Positions 40,851-51,562 of a stretch of 64,000 bases of DNA are shown here, piece by piece. How positions within the stretch are numbered: the stretch's first letter is position 1; every line of letters begins with the position of its first letter. Below the pieces are notes generated by a model that was not told the origin of the DNA, did no database searches, and worked only from the letters and a program-made list of their open reading frames with translations. The DNA is from Candidatus Spongiisociaceae bacterium (GTDB lineage: Bacteria; Actinomycetota; Acidimicrobiia; Spongiisociales; Spongiisociaceae): assembly GCA_965262915.1 (NCBI GenBank), contig OZ253564.1, positions 1,440,001 through 1,504,000 on the forward strand, read 5' to 3'. Made by a program: the position numbers and the translations under genes.

Positions 40851-41350
40851 TACGGCTGCGGTGTTTCCCCAGGTAGATGACGGTTTCGGGGTAGGGCCGT
40901 CCGGGTCGTGCATAAACCGTCCCAGCCACGGTCGAATATGCGACAGTTAATACCGGTCGACGATGGTCGGCAGAGACCCGGCTGGTTGACGAGCTCCCGG
41001 CGGGTACCGTTAACCCCCTATGAGCAGAGTCCGCCCCCCAGGGCGCCCACCACCCACATATCCCCCCGGCCGCTACTGCGCCACCGACAGCTGAACGGCG
41101 CGCCTATCCATCTACAACCCGACCGACCACTGCAACCTCCACACCCCCCTCCGACGCCGACCCGCACTGAGCCGCCGACGCTGGTGAGACCATTCAGGCG
41201 GGTAACCGCTGTCGGCGGCCGGCCGAGCCCCCAGCGGAAAGGAGTGTCCGCTGCCTGTCACCCGGGCGAACAGCCAAAGTATCCGGTTCCCCCCAGCACG
41301 CCGTGGCGGCGAAACTCCTCGAAGAGGGTTTCGGGCGGAAACGCCCCAAA
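40851..41350 (+). repeat. Long modular non-coding repeat, most complete copy
   Basis: 40851-41000 matches the reverse complement of 43705-43851; 41000-41245 matches the reverse complement of 51068-51312; 41270-41350 matches 45205-45280 and the reverse complement of 48843-48913. Confidence 0.85.
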
Positions 41351-41427
41351 CCCTGTCTCCAGCCCGCCGGGGCGGGTACACGCCCCGGCATGGCCATGTT
41401 GGAAAGCTGCGGGAGGGGGGCCGGCGG

Positions 41428-43398
41428 CTATGGGACCAGAAGTTGCCCGAACCGGACTATTTCCTCGTTGAATTCGTCGAAATCGGCGGTGAGCGTAAGA
41501 GTCATACCGACAACTCGGGGGCCGTCATCAGTGTGTCCCTCGATGGCCTCATCGAGGGATGGAATAAAGCTGTGCCCGAACTCCCAGATCTCGTCGAGTA
41601 TGTGGGCGTTCGTGGTTGACAGCAGCTCAACGACACGTTCTGCGTCAGGGTCGACGCGAACAGCGCGGCAGCGCAATGTCCAGCGGGCGCTGTCCTCCCA
41701 GACCTGGGCGAGGCGGCGCGCAGCAGCGGCGATCTCGATCGGGTCTCCTGACACCTGTGGGAGGTAGTCGTTGACGATGGCCGTTGCTGTGCTCGTGTAC
41801 CCACTGAATTCGTGCATCCTGTCCTGTGCCCACGGGGCGAAATCGTTTAGGGCGTGTTCACCTAAAGTTACACTGATGTGATATCATTACGATATGACAA
41901 TAACACAAGAACAATACCAACTCATAGTAGACGTGTTCCCGAAACCCCGCGGTACCGTCAAGGTATCCAACCTCCAAGCCCTCAACGGCATCCTGTACGT
42001 ACTGGAGCACGGCTGCAAGTGGCGGGCGCTTCCCGAACGGTTCGGGAACTGGCACACCGTTTACATGCGGATGAGCCGCTGGGCGGCCAGCGGCGTCTTG
42101 GACCGGGTGTTCCAGCGTCTACAGCAGGAACAGCTCATCGACCTCGAAGTTCTGGGCCTGGACAGCACGTCGGTCAAGGTTCATCCCGACGGCTGTGGTG
42201 CTCTCCGAAAGCGGGGTCCCCAGGCCATCGGTCGCTCCCGGGGAGGGTTGAACACCAAGATCCACATGGTCGCGGCCAGCGCTTGTAGCGCCGTCTTATT
42301 CGCTCTTTCCCCAGGTCAGGACCATGATGCTCCCCATGGGCGGGAGCTCCTCAAAAAGATGGGCCCACGAAAAAAGGAGCAGGAAGGGGAGCAGCTAGAG
42401 CTGTTCCTGGTAGCGGACCGCGCCTATGAAGGGGACGAAACACGGCAACTGGCCGTCGCTCTGGGCTACACGCCGGTCATCCCACCCCGAAGCAACCGCC
42501 GCCACCCGTGGGACTACAACCGTCCGATATACAAGCGACGGAACGAGGTCGAACGGCTCTTCCGACGGCTCAAAGGCTACCGGCGTGTCTTCACCCGCTA
42601 CGACAAACTCGACGTGATGTTCCTAGCATTCATCACCCTCGCGCTCATACACGACACGCTCAGAAACGTAACACGCCCTAGGTTGATGTGGGTCACTTCG
42701 GCTTGAGCGAGCCGATACTCGATCTCGCGGCGTAGCGGTGCTCGACGATCCAGTTCTGCTTCGAGGACTGTTCCAAAGAGCCTGATTTCCCAGAGCGTGT
42801 CGCGTCGAAGCGCCACCATCAGCGCGTCGCCGGCGAGCTCCTCTAGGAGACGGTCGTGGCCATGTGCCTTCTGATGGAGAGCGAGGGCGTCTTGCACGAG
42901 GTATGCGAACTGCTGGCGCAAGGTGTCAACGATGTCCTCGGTGGCAGTAAACGAGAATGTCCAGACGTCGCCACTCTCGCGGAACGAATCTATGAACTCG
43001 AAAACGCGCGGCGTGTCGACGACGCCGGAGTAGTCGGCGTCGGGGTTGCTCCGCCACACACTCAACTGTGCAAGAACGTCGCTGTCGACGAAGACGTACG
43101 TGGGTACGCCCCGTGCTCGGGCTTCAAGAAATTCGAGGTTGGTGACGGACTTGTCGGTATCGGGGTCGACCGAGCCGTACCGCGCGCCGACAACCATCAC
43201 GAAGATATCGGCGTTCTCTCGGACGTTCCTCACGCTGTTGGTGACCGTCGTCTGGTTCGCGTCGATCGGGAACGAACCGTGCTCGGCCATCACGGCACGC
43301 CAACCGAGTCCCCCTATGAATTGGCGAAGCTGCGAGCGGAGATGGTTGAGGTCGTACATGGTCGAACTCACGAAGACATTTGGTGGTCGGTTCTTCAC
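41428..43398 (-). pseudogene. DUF4062-domain protein interrupted by IS5
   Basis: VFVSSTMYDL...ADIFVMVVGARYGS...SVTNLEFLEA; removing the IS and one TA restores the frame ...THINL-NDFAPWAQDRMHEF... Confidence 0.88.
41850..42678 (+). mobile_element. IS5-family element (IS427-like) with TA duplication; transposase 41894-42706
   Basis: IRs gggcgtgtt / aacacgccc; GCKWRALP, LDSTSVKVH, ADRAY, YKRRNEVERLF. Confidence 0.93.
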
Positions 43399-43851
43399 TG
43401 GCCACTCCGTTCAGTCGCAGGAGACGCCCTCGGGCACTTTAGGGCCGAATCCCGGATCACCACCCCGTCGGCGAGGACCCCGACGGGGAGCTGTGGCACT
43501 GACTTGTCCTGAGACGCTCGGCCGGCCTAACTCCCCCCTGAGCCCCGCCCAGCGGAGGGGTCCTCCGCTGGAGGGACTCAGGAGGTGGTAGGGAGGGGCG
43601 GCCTCTCCTGCCTCGCACCGAAAGGTGGCGCCGGGGGCCCCCACACCCAACGGATCCAGCGGCACCGGGGTCAGGAATCGATGCTGACCCCTCCGAACAT
43701 GCGGGAGCTTGTCTACTAGCCCGGTCTCCGCTGACCATCGTCGACCGGTATTAACCGTCGCATATTCGACCGTGGCTGGGGTGGTTTATGCACGACCTGG
43801 ACGGCCCTACCCCGAAACCGCCATCTACCTGGGGAAACACCGACGGGCGTG

Positions 43852-43879
43852 GCTTTACATAATATCTATTATCGGACAC
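43852..43879 (-). other. dif-like Xer recombination site #3
   Basis: Minus strand gtgtccgataa-tagata-ttatgtaaagc; inverted relative to site #2. Confidence 0.8.
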
Positions 43880-43936
43880 CGCTGCCCCTGACAATCCGGC
43901 CCCCGCTGCGGTTCGTCGGTGTGGTCCTCTCGGGGG

Positions 43937-44899
43937 TTAGCCCCGCTCCCAGCCCCGCTCCGTGTAGTACCAATCGCACGCAGGGCAGCGGCACTTATCG
44001 GCATGGATGAGATCAAGGCAGGCGTCGCATTCGCAGCCGTCGTTGCCCGACTGGTCATGGCCTGGGATCCCGCCGAGGGGGAACAGCCCCTCACGCTGTT
44101 TGCGCGGGACATGCCGGTTGAGTTGACACTGGTCGCATGCGCACACCGGCGGCGCGGGCAGCGTGTTATCGGGACTGTCGCCGTCCTCGGGTTTGGTTGG
44201 CACATAGCGGACTGAGATGGTCTTGATTTGGCTGGCCGATACGATCACTCGGTCTACATCCCAATCCTCTGCAGCCGTTATGTTGTCGCCGGGAGGGCGG
44301 ATCTTGACGGGGCGCCCAATTTGGATACTACGAGCGTCGTTCTCCTCGAGGTCGGTGCTGAAGGCGAAGAGCGGGCCGTAGAGGTAGGTCCCGTCCTTTA
44401 GGTCGAGACCGACATACACCCGATGGTGAGGGCGTTTAGTGAAAGCGAACCCCCATCCTGACAATTGTTCGATAGGCCCTTGCAGTTGCCTGGTTGCTAT
44501 GAACGTTGCGATTGTGGGACCAGGCCAGAATCTGATTTTGGAAGCGCGCTTACTGCTCCACGCTGGGGGGACAGCGATTACTGCGGCAAGGCCGGTTGCA
44601 GCGAGAAGCAGGGCGGCAGACCAGAGTGTGACCTCGGCGTAGTTGCTCTGGAAGTAGCCACTCGGATCACGGACAATCGCCCCGGCATCCGGTGTGATAG
44701 TTGGCAGTAGGTATCGGAGAATGGCGAATAGGCCGAGTATGACCCCGTTGACTGCGAGGCTGACCGACACGATCGTCACGGTCTCGCGGAGAAGGCTGTA
44801 TCTCCTCTCGGGGAGCCGCGTCTCCGTTCTGACGAGATAGACGAACCCAGGTGTCAGGAATGTGACGAAGATGGCAAGGCCAACGAGAGTCGTAGGCAT
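43937..44899 (-). CDS. Multi-TM hypothetical protein (DUF6338-like)
   Basis: MPTTLVGLAIFVTFLTPGF, three TM helices, LKDGTYLYG soluble domain. Confidence 0.7.
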   Translation of the reverse strand: MPTTLVGLAIFVTFLTPGFVYLVRTETRLPERRYSLLRETVTIVSVSLAVNGVILGLFAILRYLLPTITPDAGAIVRDPSGYFQSNYAEVTLWSAALLLAATGLAAVIAVPPAWSSKRASKIRFWPGPTIATFIATRQLQGPIEQLSGWGFAFTKRPHHRVYVGLDLKDGTYLYGPLFAFSTDLEENDARSIQIGRPVKIRPPGDNITAAEDWDVDRVIVSASQIKTISVRYVPTKPEDGDSPDNTLPAPPVCACDQCQLNRHVPRKQREGLFPLGGIPGHDQSGNDGCECDACLDLIHADKCRCPACDWYYTERGWERG

Positions 44900-45361
44900 T
44901 ACGAGCGGCTATCCGAAGGTGGCAGCGAGGACGAAGTTAGCCTTTGGGCGGCGGCTTCGGGTCTGCATTACTGCTTGACGAGGCGGCCGGGGCGTTCGGG
45001 GGCTGCTGTTGACCTCGGTCGGTTACCCCTCGGACCCGAACCTGTCTTGTCTGCGATCCGCCATCTTCACGCTGCACGCGCCATCGGCCGTGTTCCTTCT
45101 TGGCTGGCATAGCCCTAAAGATTACCAGTTCCCCCGGGTACGCTCGACACGGGCACCGAGGCCGGATACCTCCGGTCCGCTCCTCCGCTGCCCACGACGG
45201 TCAACAGCCAAGTAACCGGTTCCCCCCAGCACGCCGTGGGCGGCGAAACCCTCGGGGTTTCGGGAGGGAACACCCCCAAACCCGCCTGTCCCCGACCGAC
45301 GCGAATCAGGTGGAAAGTGGTGCACGCCGCGGTAGGCGACGTGATCGCGGAGTGGGTTCGT

Positions 45362-45775
45362 ATGGTCCGCTCCGGCCAGACGAAGCCCAGACTCGTCGAA
45401 TTCAGCACTCGCGCTGTGGCCTCAACGGATCTGCTTGAGCAGGTCCGGGCTCTGAATGCGGACAACAGAGTTGTTCCGGCCGCCCCGATCGTATTGGCTG
45501 GAGTTGCTCTTGAGATCGCACTTCGGTCCGCGGTCGAGGAACTCGATCTCACCGTCGAGGGACGGGGAAGCATCGATGCTTATGCCAGGGCGCTCCGCCA
45601 GGTCGATGTGCTGAACAGGCAGGACATGAAAGATGTCACGCAGATGGCGGGCCTTCGCAACGACGCCGCGCATGGAGTCCACGAGACACTCAGCCGTAAG
45701 GGAGCGAGCTTGATGGAACAGCAAGCGAACCTCTTCCTCGCCCGGCTAGATCAGGCCGTCCAGCAGTCGAACTGA
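45362..45775 (+). CDS. HEPN/DUF4145-like protein (5' end uncertain)
   Basis: IVLAGVALEIALR...LRNDAAHG (RxxxxH). Confidence 0.7.
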   Translation: MVRSGQTKPRLVEFSTRAVASTDLLEQVRALNADNRVVPAAPIVLAGVALEIALRSAVEELDLTVEGRGSIDAYARALRQVDVLNRQDMKDVTQMAGLRNDAAHGVHETLSRKGASLMEQQANLFLARLDQAVQQSN

Positions 45776-45950
45776 AACCCAAGCCGTCGCCCAACCAGAA
45801 CCTCAAACGAGGCTGAGTTCGGGTGCTGTTCGCTGCTGGGGGCAACGGAGGACCCCTCCGCTGGAGGCGCTCAGGCGCTGTGGCTGTGGGTGTTGGGCCA
45901 GCCCAGGTCGGAGGGCGTTGTCACATGGATACTCGGCGGCGGTGGCACCG

Positions 45951-47048
45951 CTAAGGCCGTATTGGACGCTCCTCTCCCTTGATCGTGAGTTTGATCTTGT
46001 CTGCAAACTGCCTCTTGTCCCCGGTCACACGAACCGCTCTCTTGGCTTGGACTCTTAAGCTTCCCGTTACCCCGACGTACTCGGCTTCGTCCAGGATCAC
46101 ACGGGCGGCCTTTGCCAAAGACCGTGCGGGTTGGGGGCCAGTCATTCCCCTGAACGCATCGGTTCCTACAGCAGCCTCGAAGTACCGCCACTTCCCAAAG
46201 GTACCGCGGTTCTCTGTCAGCACATCCCGTATGGTTGCGAAGTCTGCTTCGATCCGATCTCGGCTCTCCCGTGGGAGGTGGTCAAATAGATTCAGCAGGT
46301 CGTGGATCTTTCTCGCTTCATCGGTACAAGTTAGTGAGATGGCCTTCAGCGCGAGCTCGCACGCGAAGGCGGCGATCATCCCGTTCCCTAGCAGCAAGCC
46401 AGCTGTCGCAAGAAGTTCTTGCTCTCGGTGCCGCGGGTTCTGGCTCAGGGCATGCGCATCGATCTGGAACGAGACCGACCCATCGGCGTTGACTCGGTAA
46501 TCGCGAAAGTCCGCGATCGAGACCCTCTCATGGTCGGTGTTACGGGATACTCCGTCGAGGAGAGCTCGCGCCTGGAGGAAGAACAAACCTGGTGAACCTG
46601 CGGGGAAGTCACGGCGGGTGAGCTTTCCCCTAGGGCTTTTGCTGCGGGCAACCCGGTCCAGCAGCTCCTGCTTCGACAACCTGTGGAGCTTAGGAAAAAC
46701 CTTTTGAGCGAACGGACCGTCACCGTACTTGGGTTGATGTCCCAACATCATGTTCAACGCGTTGCTGAAGGACTCCTCGGATATCCTCTTTGCCTCTGCC
46801 GCTGCAGCGCTGCCTTCCAGTATCTCGCCACAGACGATGCACTTTATGCCGGTGACAGCACGCTCCGGGTCGGTTCTTCCCCTGAGGACTCCCCAGCACC
46901 GCTTGCAGCGTCCCGTGGCATCGAACTCTGAGAAGGGGGGCTGGCCACCGATGACACCGAGCGAGACGGTTGTGGCGTCCATGTCCCAGTCCCACTCAAT
47001 GGGAATCGTCTGTTTGGTTCTCTCATTCGGTTCGTTCATGTCGATCAA
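45951..47048 (-). CDS. Zn-ribbon + HEPN-like protein
   Basis: CKRC...CIVC; FACELALKA...HDLLNLF...KWRY. Confidence 0.65.
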   Translation of the reverse strand: MIDMNEPNERTKQTIPIEWDWDMDATTVSLGVIGGQPPFSEFDATGRCKRCWGVLRGRTDPERAVTGIKCIVCGEILEGSAAAAEAKRISEESFSNALNMMLGHQPKYGDGPFAQKVFPKLHRLSKQELLDRVARSKSPRGKLTRRDFPAGSPGLFFLQARALLDGVSRNTDHERVSIADFRDYRVNADGSVSFQIDAHALSQNPRHREQELLATAGLLLGNGMIAAFACELALKAISLTCTDEARKIHDLLNLFDHLPRESRDRIEADFATIRDVLTENRGTFGKWRYFEAAVGTDAFRGMTGPQPARSLAKAARVILDEAEYVGVTGSLRVQAKRAVRVTGDKRQFADKIKLTIKGEERPIRP

Positions 47049-47159
47049 CGCTCTGCTCCTGCTACGTAGGATGCGGGCACATCGAAGTCCATTCCGGGCT
47101 GTCTGACCGCTCCGGACCGGGTGGCACAGCAGGCGGATGTTTCACGGCGCCGACCATTT

Positions 47160-48119
47160 CTAACCAGTCAGTTCGTGACGTGTGATCACGGTCCGGCCCG
47201 ATGGTGTTTCCTTGCTTGCGGGTTGTCGGTCCGTTCCGATATCGATCGTGACCAAGAAGAATGTCTTGCCGTCGTGCATGATTCTGGGCGGGAATTCGCC
47301 GTCGGGTGAGTCTTCGGACGGCCAGACCAACTGATTGTTCGAACAGTTGAACACGACGAGATAGCCGATGTTCTGCTGGTAATCGTTGGCGTAACGCAGA
47401 ACTTGGTGGAACCCTTGACGCAGGCGGCTCTTGTCCCTGCCCCGAGCCGGGTCGAAGACCTTGGCTTCGAGGACCAGCGGATCGTCCGCGTCGTCGAGGC
47501 TGACGACATCCGCCCGCCCCGACGGCGAATCGGGCTGCGAGAAGGGGAAATCCACACCCCCGTCGAACAGCGCCTCCCGCAGCCGACGGTCGAGGTTCTT
47601 CTCACCTGACCCCGTGTCACGAAGATAGGCCTGATGTAGTTCTTGTTGGCTGAACCACTCGGCTTTCCGCTTGAACCGTTGCAGCAGGTACACGACGTTG
47701 CCTGTGTCGTCGATCCGGTCATCGAGATAGTTGACAACCGGATCGAGCACGGCCTCGTTCAGATCATTGAGCATTTCGTTGAACCTCGACTCGTGGCTGA
47801 ATGCACTTCCCCACGAGATGGCTGCTCGCTGTTCAGGGTCGTACGCACACTCCTTCAGGATCCCAAGGCAGAGTTTCGCCCTGGCCGTCTCCGAAGGCGG
47901 AAACGCGATAGAACGCGACTTGGCAGCAGCGTCCTTCCATTCCCCAAAATCCGCTTCGTCGCCGGCGTCCAGTGTGTGTAACAGGGCACGGAGATACGGG
48001 TTGTCATCGAGGAACTGCAGGAACAACTGCAGTTCTGTCTCATAGTGCCGATAGTCCACCATGTGTACACGGTTCCGGCGCTGCTGCAAGCGGACACGCA
48101 AGTCGAGTAGGTACCGCAT
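47160..48119 (-). CDS. Hypothetical protein with C-terminal PD-(D/E)xK nuclease-like domain
   Basis: GRADVV...LVLEAK...GFHQVLRYA...GYLVVFN. Confidence 0.72.
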   Translation of the reverse strand: MRYLLDLRVRLQQRRNRVHMVDYRHYETELQLFLQFLDDNPYLRALLHTLDAGDEADFGEWKDAAAKSRSIAFPPSETARAKLCLGILKECAYDPEQRAAISWGSAFSHESRFNEMLNDLNEAVLDPVVNYLDDRIDDTGNVVYLLQRFKRKAEWFSQQELHQAYLRDTGSGEKNLDRRLREALFDGGVDFPFSQPDSPSGRADVVSLDDADDPLVLEAKVFDPARGRDKSRLRQGFHQVLRYANDYQQNIGYLVVFNCSNNQLVWPSEDSPDGEFPPRIMHDGKTFFLVTIDIGTDRQPASKETPSGRTVITRHELTG

Positions 48120-48129
48120 TCGTAAACTC

Positions 48130-48372
48130 CTAGATCGTGATGGTGATCGTCGTGTCCAGGTTCTTGATCTCGCGCTCGAGGTCCGTGAGAGCGTTGTGGA
48201 CACTCCGACGCGTTCTGTGACCGCTAGCCCGGTCGTCGGAGAACCGTATACGTCCTTTGCAGCATGGACAGAACACCGCATCCTCCAACTGTGCCAGCCG
48301 GAACCGAACATCTACCTCGTAGCCGCACCGCGGGCACGGGACTCTCAGAAAGGCGCGATCGAAGGGGTACAC
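48130..48372 (-). CDS. Small Zn-ribbon protein upstream of the nuclease-like gene
   Basis: CPRC...CPCC; 10 bp gap containing an RBS (ggag). Confidence 0.7.
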   Translation of the reverse strand: MYPFDRAFLRVPCPRCGYEVDVRFRLAQLEDAVFCPCCKGRIRFSDDRASGHRTRRSVHNALTDLEREIKNLDTTITITI

Positions 48373-49104
48373 CGTCTGGTCACCTCCGAATAACGGTCCT
48401 CGACACACAACCGGGACCGGCCGGCCGTGTCAGGCGGCCAGATCAAGCACGAAAGCCCCGTATGGGTTCGGGGTCAGAAAGCGAAGCGAGCAATGACGAG
48501 GAGAGCCACCAGGCACACCGCGATTCCGACTCCCGCGAACACGACATCGACGACGTCGCCTAATAGGTCTCTGATTAGTTTCATGGTCGTAATTCTACAA
48601 CCCGACCCTGACAAGGGTCGGTCCCGCCGTCTCACCCGAAATCACAGCAACCGACCGCGGGTGAGGAACGCATGTGATTTCTGCACCGTTCCGGATGTTC
48701 AGGTCAGGGCCCCCTGTCTGGGTTTTGTTGTGCGAACTGGTGTCCGCAGGGGTGTGCAGATCGTGGGCGGGTTCTCCCGGCCCCCAAATCGGCCTCTAGG
48801 CCTTCGGGTTGTGTTGGTTAACGTGCTGACGGGCGGGTCGTGGGTGTTTCCGCCCGAAACCCCTCGAGGGGGAGAGCCGCCACGGCGTGCTGAGAGAATC
48901 GGCTACCTGGCTGTCCGGCCGGCCGGCGGCAGCGGACTTCCCTTCCGCTGGGAGGGACTCAGGAGGCGACGGGGAGTAGGCAGACCCAGGCACCTCTCGG
49001 CACCGAGCGCTGCCGGCCTTCCCCTAGCCGCCGACCGCTACTAGGGAGCCCCCCTCTCTGAGAAACCCGAGATGAGGGTGGCCCTTGCTCTATTCTCCAG
49101 CGAG

Positions 49105-49923
49105 ATGCAACGGCCTCCTCTTTCTGTTCGACACAACAATGAGGCCCTCGAGGCATATCGGGAACTTCATGAGGGGATCCCAGATTGGATGATGCAGGGG
49201 GTGGGCGAATGGGCTGTCCAGGTCCTTAGCCACGCCAGTGATCTGCAGGCAGCTGAACAGTATTTTCGTATAGGACTCGATTGGGCAGCCATACAGAGTT
49301 CGCACGAAGAAGGTGTCGCGCAGCTCCTCGCATTTGAGGACCTCGATGTCTTGGACTATTGCCTGGGCATCTATTACCACCCCGACCACGCGGCGGAACT
49401 CCGAGAGATCCTGGATAGATCAGGGTCGGCGTGGACGGTGGGGACAGACGACGATGAAGGGCTGTGGTGTTTGAAACGGCGCGTGGACGTGACCGTTCTG
49501 GCGGCAGCAAACGAAGAAATGGAGCAACGGAGCAATGCCGCTGAGTACCTTCGGAGGGCTTGGCACCACGTCTACGGTCGGAACCCGAACCCCAGCACTG
49601 CTTACCACGACGCCGTTCGTGCAGTAGAGGCCGCCGCCCGTCCGGTCGTGACCCCCAACGATGACCGGGCCACATTGGGCAAGATGATCCTTGCCCTCGA
49701 GGACAAGCCAGGGAAGTGGGAAACGGTAATCGGCGATGTTGACACCGTGCGGAAGATGATGGCAACCATCTGGAAGTCACAGTCCGACCGGCACGGCACC
49801 GACGACACCACCAGGTCCCTCAACGTGTCACAGCCCGCAGCCGAAGCCGCAGTCCAGATGGCCGTAACGCTGGTGCAGCTGTTCCGTACCGGGGCGATCC
49901 GGAGGGAACACGACAGCCTCTAA
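49105..49923 (+). CDS. Abi-like hypothetical protein
   Basis: LHEGIPDWM N-terminus; AYHDAVRAVEA...ATLG...SDRHG...AAEAAVQMAVTL. Confidence 0.65.
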   Translation: MQRPPLSVRHNNEALEAYRELHEGIPDWMMQGVGEWAVQVLSHASDLQAAEQYFRIGLDWAAIQSSHEEGVAQLLAFEDLDVLDYCLGIYYHPDHAAELREILDRSGSAWTVGTDDDEGLWCLKRRVDVTVLAAANEEMEQRSNAAEYLRRAWHHVYGRNPNPSTAYHDAVRAVEAAARPVVTPNDDRATLGKMILALEDKPGKWETVIGDVDTVRKMMATIWKSQSDRHGTDDTTRSLNVSQPAAEAAVQMAVTLVQLFRTGAIRREHDSL

Positions 49924-50090
49924 CAGTCGTGACCCTCTAGAACGCAACGGGTCGTCTGTTGTCTGGTCCGCCCGAGGCAGAGGTGCTGCAACAACTGGAA
50001 AGGGTCAGGCTGTCGCTTAGCCTTCTTCTATCTCCGGGCCCCTGCGGATGGGTCTGGGTCAGAGGTTGGTGGCTAGCATCCCGCTGGCCT

Positions 50091-50805
50091 ATGAGCGATG
50101 ACCACGAAACGACCGAAGACCAAGCGGCAGGCGGCGACACGGTTTCCTATGAAGGGTACGTGTACGTGGCGACCAATCCTGCTATACCGAACATGGTCAA
50201 GATCGGCAGCACGACGCAACACGATCCCCGAAGCCGTATCACTGCGCTGTTCACGACCAGTGTGGCCCCTGCCGTTCGAACTGGAGTACGCGGCAGCAAT
50301 AGCGGATGATCCCGCCAGGGTTGAACGGGCGCTGCACAAGGCTTTCACACCTCAACGGCTGCATCCAAGGCGTGAGTTCTTCAAGGTCGAGCCGTACCAG
50401 GTGATCGCGATCCTCAGGCTGCTCAACGTTGCTGACGTCACTGAGCAGGCCAAGTCCGATGTTGAGGCCGAGAAATCACAGGAGGACCGGGAAGCCCTTG
50501 CGCGAGCCAGACGACCAGTGCTCAATTTCGCCGACCTAGGGCTGCCAGAAGGATCGATCCTTACGTATCTGAGAGACGAGAGAGTCAAAGCCGAGATAGT
50601 CGACGGGCGGCGTGTGCGACTTATCGAACTGCCCGAAAACAAGTACCCCGCAGTCGTGTTGGACGGCGAACCTTCGTTCCTTTCGCCGCTCTCAAGAGAC
50701 CTTCTCGGGGTTGCACGTTATGTGGGCCCCACCCGGTACTGGCGTGTTGAGGACGGACGGTCACTCCTTGAGATCTACGACGAGAAGCACGGTCCAAGGG
50801 AGTAG
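50091..50805 (+). pseudogene. GIY-YIG/T5orf172 protein with a +1 frameshift near 50265
   Basis: GYVYVATNPAIPNMVKIGST...TTSV, then in another frame PLPFELEYA...VERALH...REFF. Confidence 0.85.
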
Positions 50806-51562
50806 CACACCTCTCTGCCTACCTACGCCGGCTAGACCAGCACCCCGTCAACGCCTCGGCTGCTCAAGCTCTTCGAGGGCCAACGTGGCTATGAAAACAT
50901 CGGGGGAGGAACCCTGTACGCAGCACAGGGACGTGGGTGAAATACTGTCAGTTCGGTCCCGCTACAACGAACGCCCACGGTCGAGGAACATCGTGAGCGT
51001 GCGGCTCCCGGCGGGGCTTCTTCTCTGGAGTCTGTCCACGAGAGCACTCTCGCGGACTCGATTTCTCTCCCTTCCGCTGGGGGCTCGGCCGGCCGCCGAC
51101 AGCGGTTACCGGTCCGGTGGTCTCACTAGCCTTAGCGGTTCCGTTTGGGTGGGTGTCGGTTGGGGGAGTGGAGGCGGCAGTGGTCGGCCGGGTTGTAGAT
51201 GGATAGGCGTGCTGTGCAGCTGTCGGTGGCGCAGCGGCGGCCGGGGGGATATGTGGGTGGTGGTCGGCCTTTGGGGGGTAGGACTCTGGTCATAGGGGGT
51301 TGACGGTACCCGGGAGCGGTTTCCGCTGACGGCCGGCGGCATCGGAGTATCCCTCCGTCGGGGGGCTGAGGGATCAGCCGGGCGGGCTGTTGGGGAGCTT
51401 CCGTCTCAGGTCTGCGCCGGGTGACTCGGGCGTTAGGGAGCGGGGGAACGGAGAGTCTGTAGCCTATCGTTGACTAGCGCTGTGTGGTGTATATTCAAAC
51501 GTGGGTGGGCGGGTTTATGCACGGGGCTGGCCGGCTGTTGCCGAAACCGGCTTTTACACCAA

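Noticed and set aside
51470-51562. N-terminus of the 157-aa ORF as genuine coding sequence
   Set aside because: This DNA aligns with the non-coding repeat at 43750-43820, so it is read-through and not part of the RAMP-like protein.
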